From Patescibacteria group bacterium (GTDB taxonomy: Bacteria; Patescibacteriota; Minisyncoccia; Phycocordibacterales; PALSA-1337), in contig JBBTYL010000001.1 in the NCBI GenBank assembly GCA_038061795.1, positions 65,801 through 129,800 on the forward strand: 64,000 nucleotides of DNA, read 5' to 3'. The position numbers and the translations under genes were made by a program. Below, piece by piece: positions 63,426-64,000 of the stretch. Below the pieces are notes generated by a model that worked only from the letters and a program-made list of their open reading frames with translations, ran no database searches and had not been told where the DNA came from. Numbering within the stretch: the stretch's first letter is position 1; every line of letters starts with the position of its first letter.

Positions 63426-64000
63426 ATGCCAAGTAACGACAAGTGGCTTATAACAAGGACACGCTATATTCCCTCGACATACCCATTACTTTCATTTTTT
63501 GACTGGAATTTCAGTGAATATTTTGGCATGAGCGATACAGGACATGTTATCAATGTATGGGACAAGGGCAATTATTTCGCTATTTGGGAAAAGGAAAAGT
63601 ATGCAGAATTTGGCGAACATGCGCTTGCAATGCTTCAGAAGGTTGACGACCTCAATGCTTTGAGAAAGAAAAGTACTGCTTCGGGACAAAAGCTTGTTGA
63701 TTTTTGTAAGGATTACGCCCTTTCATCTGAACCAGTTACGCATCAAAACTATCTAAATTTTATTGAGAATCTTTCGATTAAGTACTCACACTTAATGAGA
63801 GACAACATGTGTTACTGGCTGTTTGCGCCAAATATAATTGAAAAAAGAATACAAGCATTGCTCAGTAAGTACCCTGAAGATCAAAAGAAAGACATCATCC
63901 AGGCTCATTCCCACCCAGCAGAACTGTCATACAGCCAAAGGATTGAGAAGGAATTTTCAAAGCTTGTTGCAAGCGCTAGGGAGGAAGGACTTGAAAGCGT
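63426..64000 (+). CDS. Probable paralog S17, 5' part only (runs off the window)
   Basis: Not in the ORF track because it has no stop. ATG 63426 follows the same AAATAACATG junction. My translation, MPSNDKWLITRTRYIPSTYPLLSFFDWNFSEYFGMSDTGHVINVWDKGNYFAIWEKEKY..., stays open to nt 64000 and resembles the S14/S16 N-termini. The swivel domain is not visible in this window. Confidence 0.6.
   Translation, partial: MPSNDKWLITRTRYIPSTYPLLSFFDWNFSEYFGMSDTGHVINVWDKGNYFAIWEKEKYAEFGEHALAMLQKVDDLNALRKKSTASGQKLVDFCKDYALSSEPVTHQNYLNFIENLSIKYSHLMRDNMCYWLFAPNIIEKRIQALLSKYPEDQKKDIIQAHSHPAELSYSQRIEKEFSKLVASAREEGLES

Noticed and set aside
38138-63432. Recurrent minus-strand ORFs of 60-198 aa overlapping the 3' ends of the S genes (38138-38488, 56195-56614, 58908-59504, 59204-59464, 60650-60958, 61971-62231, 63118-63432).
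   Set aside because: They are antisense shadows of the conserved swivel-domain coding sequence. They recur only because the sense sequence recurs. They have low-complexity Ser/Pro/Thr-rich translations and no upstream promoter or RBS context.
36768-64000. The periodic recurrence of similar ~300-nt segments every 1-1.5 kb could be a CRISPR-like or satellite DNA repeat.
   Set aside because: The repeated unit is the 3' part of long intact ORFs and is conserved at the protein level with synonymous variation. There are no short direct repeats flanking unique spacers and no cas genes.
36768-64000. Annotating S1-S16 simply as PEP synthase or pyruvate phosphate dikinase.
   Set aside because: Only the ~100-aa mobile His domain is shared with those enzymes. 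None has the ATP-grasp or the PEP/pyruvate-binding TIM-barrel motifs, so the metabolic annotation would be misleading.
1-64000. Alternative genetic code, such as UGA recoding as in some CPR lineages, to explain the in-frame stop at 58074.
   Set aside because: Well-recognised genes end cleanly at TGA (frr, S1, S2), TAA and TAG, and their lengths match homolog expectations. The problematic codon is TAA, for which I know of no established bacterial sense reassignment.

Overview
AT-rich, gene-dense bacterial chromosome segment with many overlapping or abutting start/stop codons. All three standard stop codons terminate ORFs. The gene content is reminiscent of Patescibacteria/CPR: reduced aaRSs, compact mreBCD-mrdA and mraZ-rsmH-ftsL-ftsI-murF clusters, and a giant Ig-repeat surface protein. 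That placement is inference only. No rRNA, CRISPR array, integrase or transposase was seen.

Positions 1-36.3 kb are mostly housekeeping: frr (partial), rseP, proS, mreB/C/D, PBP2, greA, lysS, the dcw 5' half, valS, an ABC exporter, an EamA transporter, a histidine kinase, yqeY, rmuC and rplU. Interspersed are visibly more G+C-rich accessory genes, mostly on the minus strand. These include an S1 protease, an alpha/beta hydrolase, an orphan receiver and several hypotheticals. Several have near-consensus TTGACx-N17-TATAAT promoters. This part also holds a tRNA-Glu(CUC) whose last 20 nt are duplicated 134 bp downstream, an orphan tRNA 3' fragment, and two copies of a promoter-motif-terminator module that looks like a small RNA family.

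Positions 36.7-64 kb are the standout. They hold a plus-strand array of 16 complete paralogs plus 1 truncated paralog (S1-S17). Each complete member has a highly diverged 250-420 aa N-terminal region fused to a conserved ~100 aa C-terminal PEP-utilizer 'swivel' phosphohistidine domain (GG-x-x-[CS]-H-AAI-x-[SA]-RE). None carries an ATP-grasp or a PEP/pyruvate TIM-barrel domain.

Exactly one PPDK_N-type ATP-grasp gene sits in the locus (57.0-58.1 kb). It is separated from S13 by a single in-frame TAA. Read together, the two ORFs reconstitute the domain order of rifampin-phosphotransferase-like dikinases.

Three genes lie in the array's gaps on the minus strand: two histidine-phosphatase-superfamily genes and one LMW-PTP gene. 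A wHTH-Fic/Doc-like gene with an atypical active-site motif lies on the plus strand inside an array operon. A decayed Doc-like gene marks the 5' edge.

I read this as a possibly undescribed modular phosphotransfer system, with one nucleotide-binding module serving many substrate-specific phospho-His modules. All functional interpretation is inference from motifs read by eye. No HMM, BLAST or folding was run.
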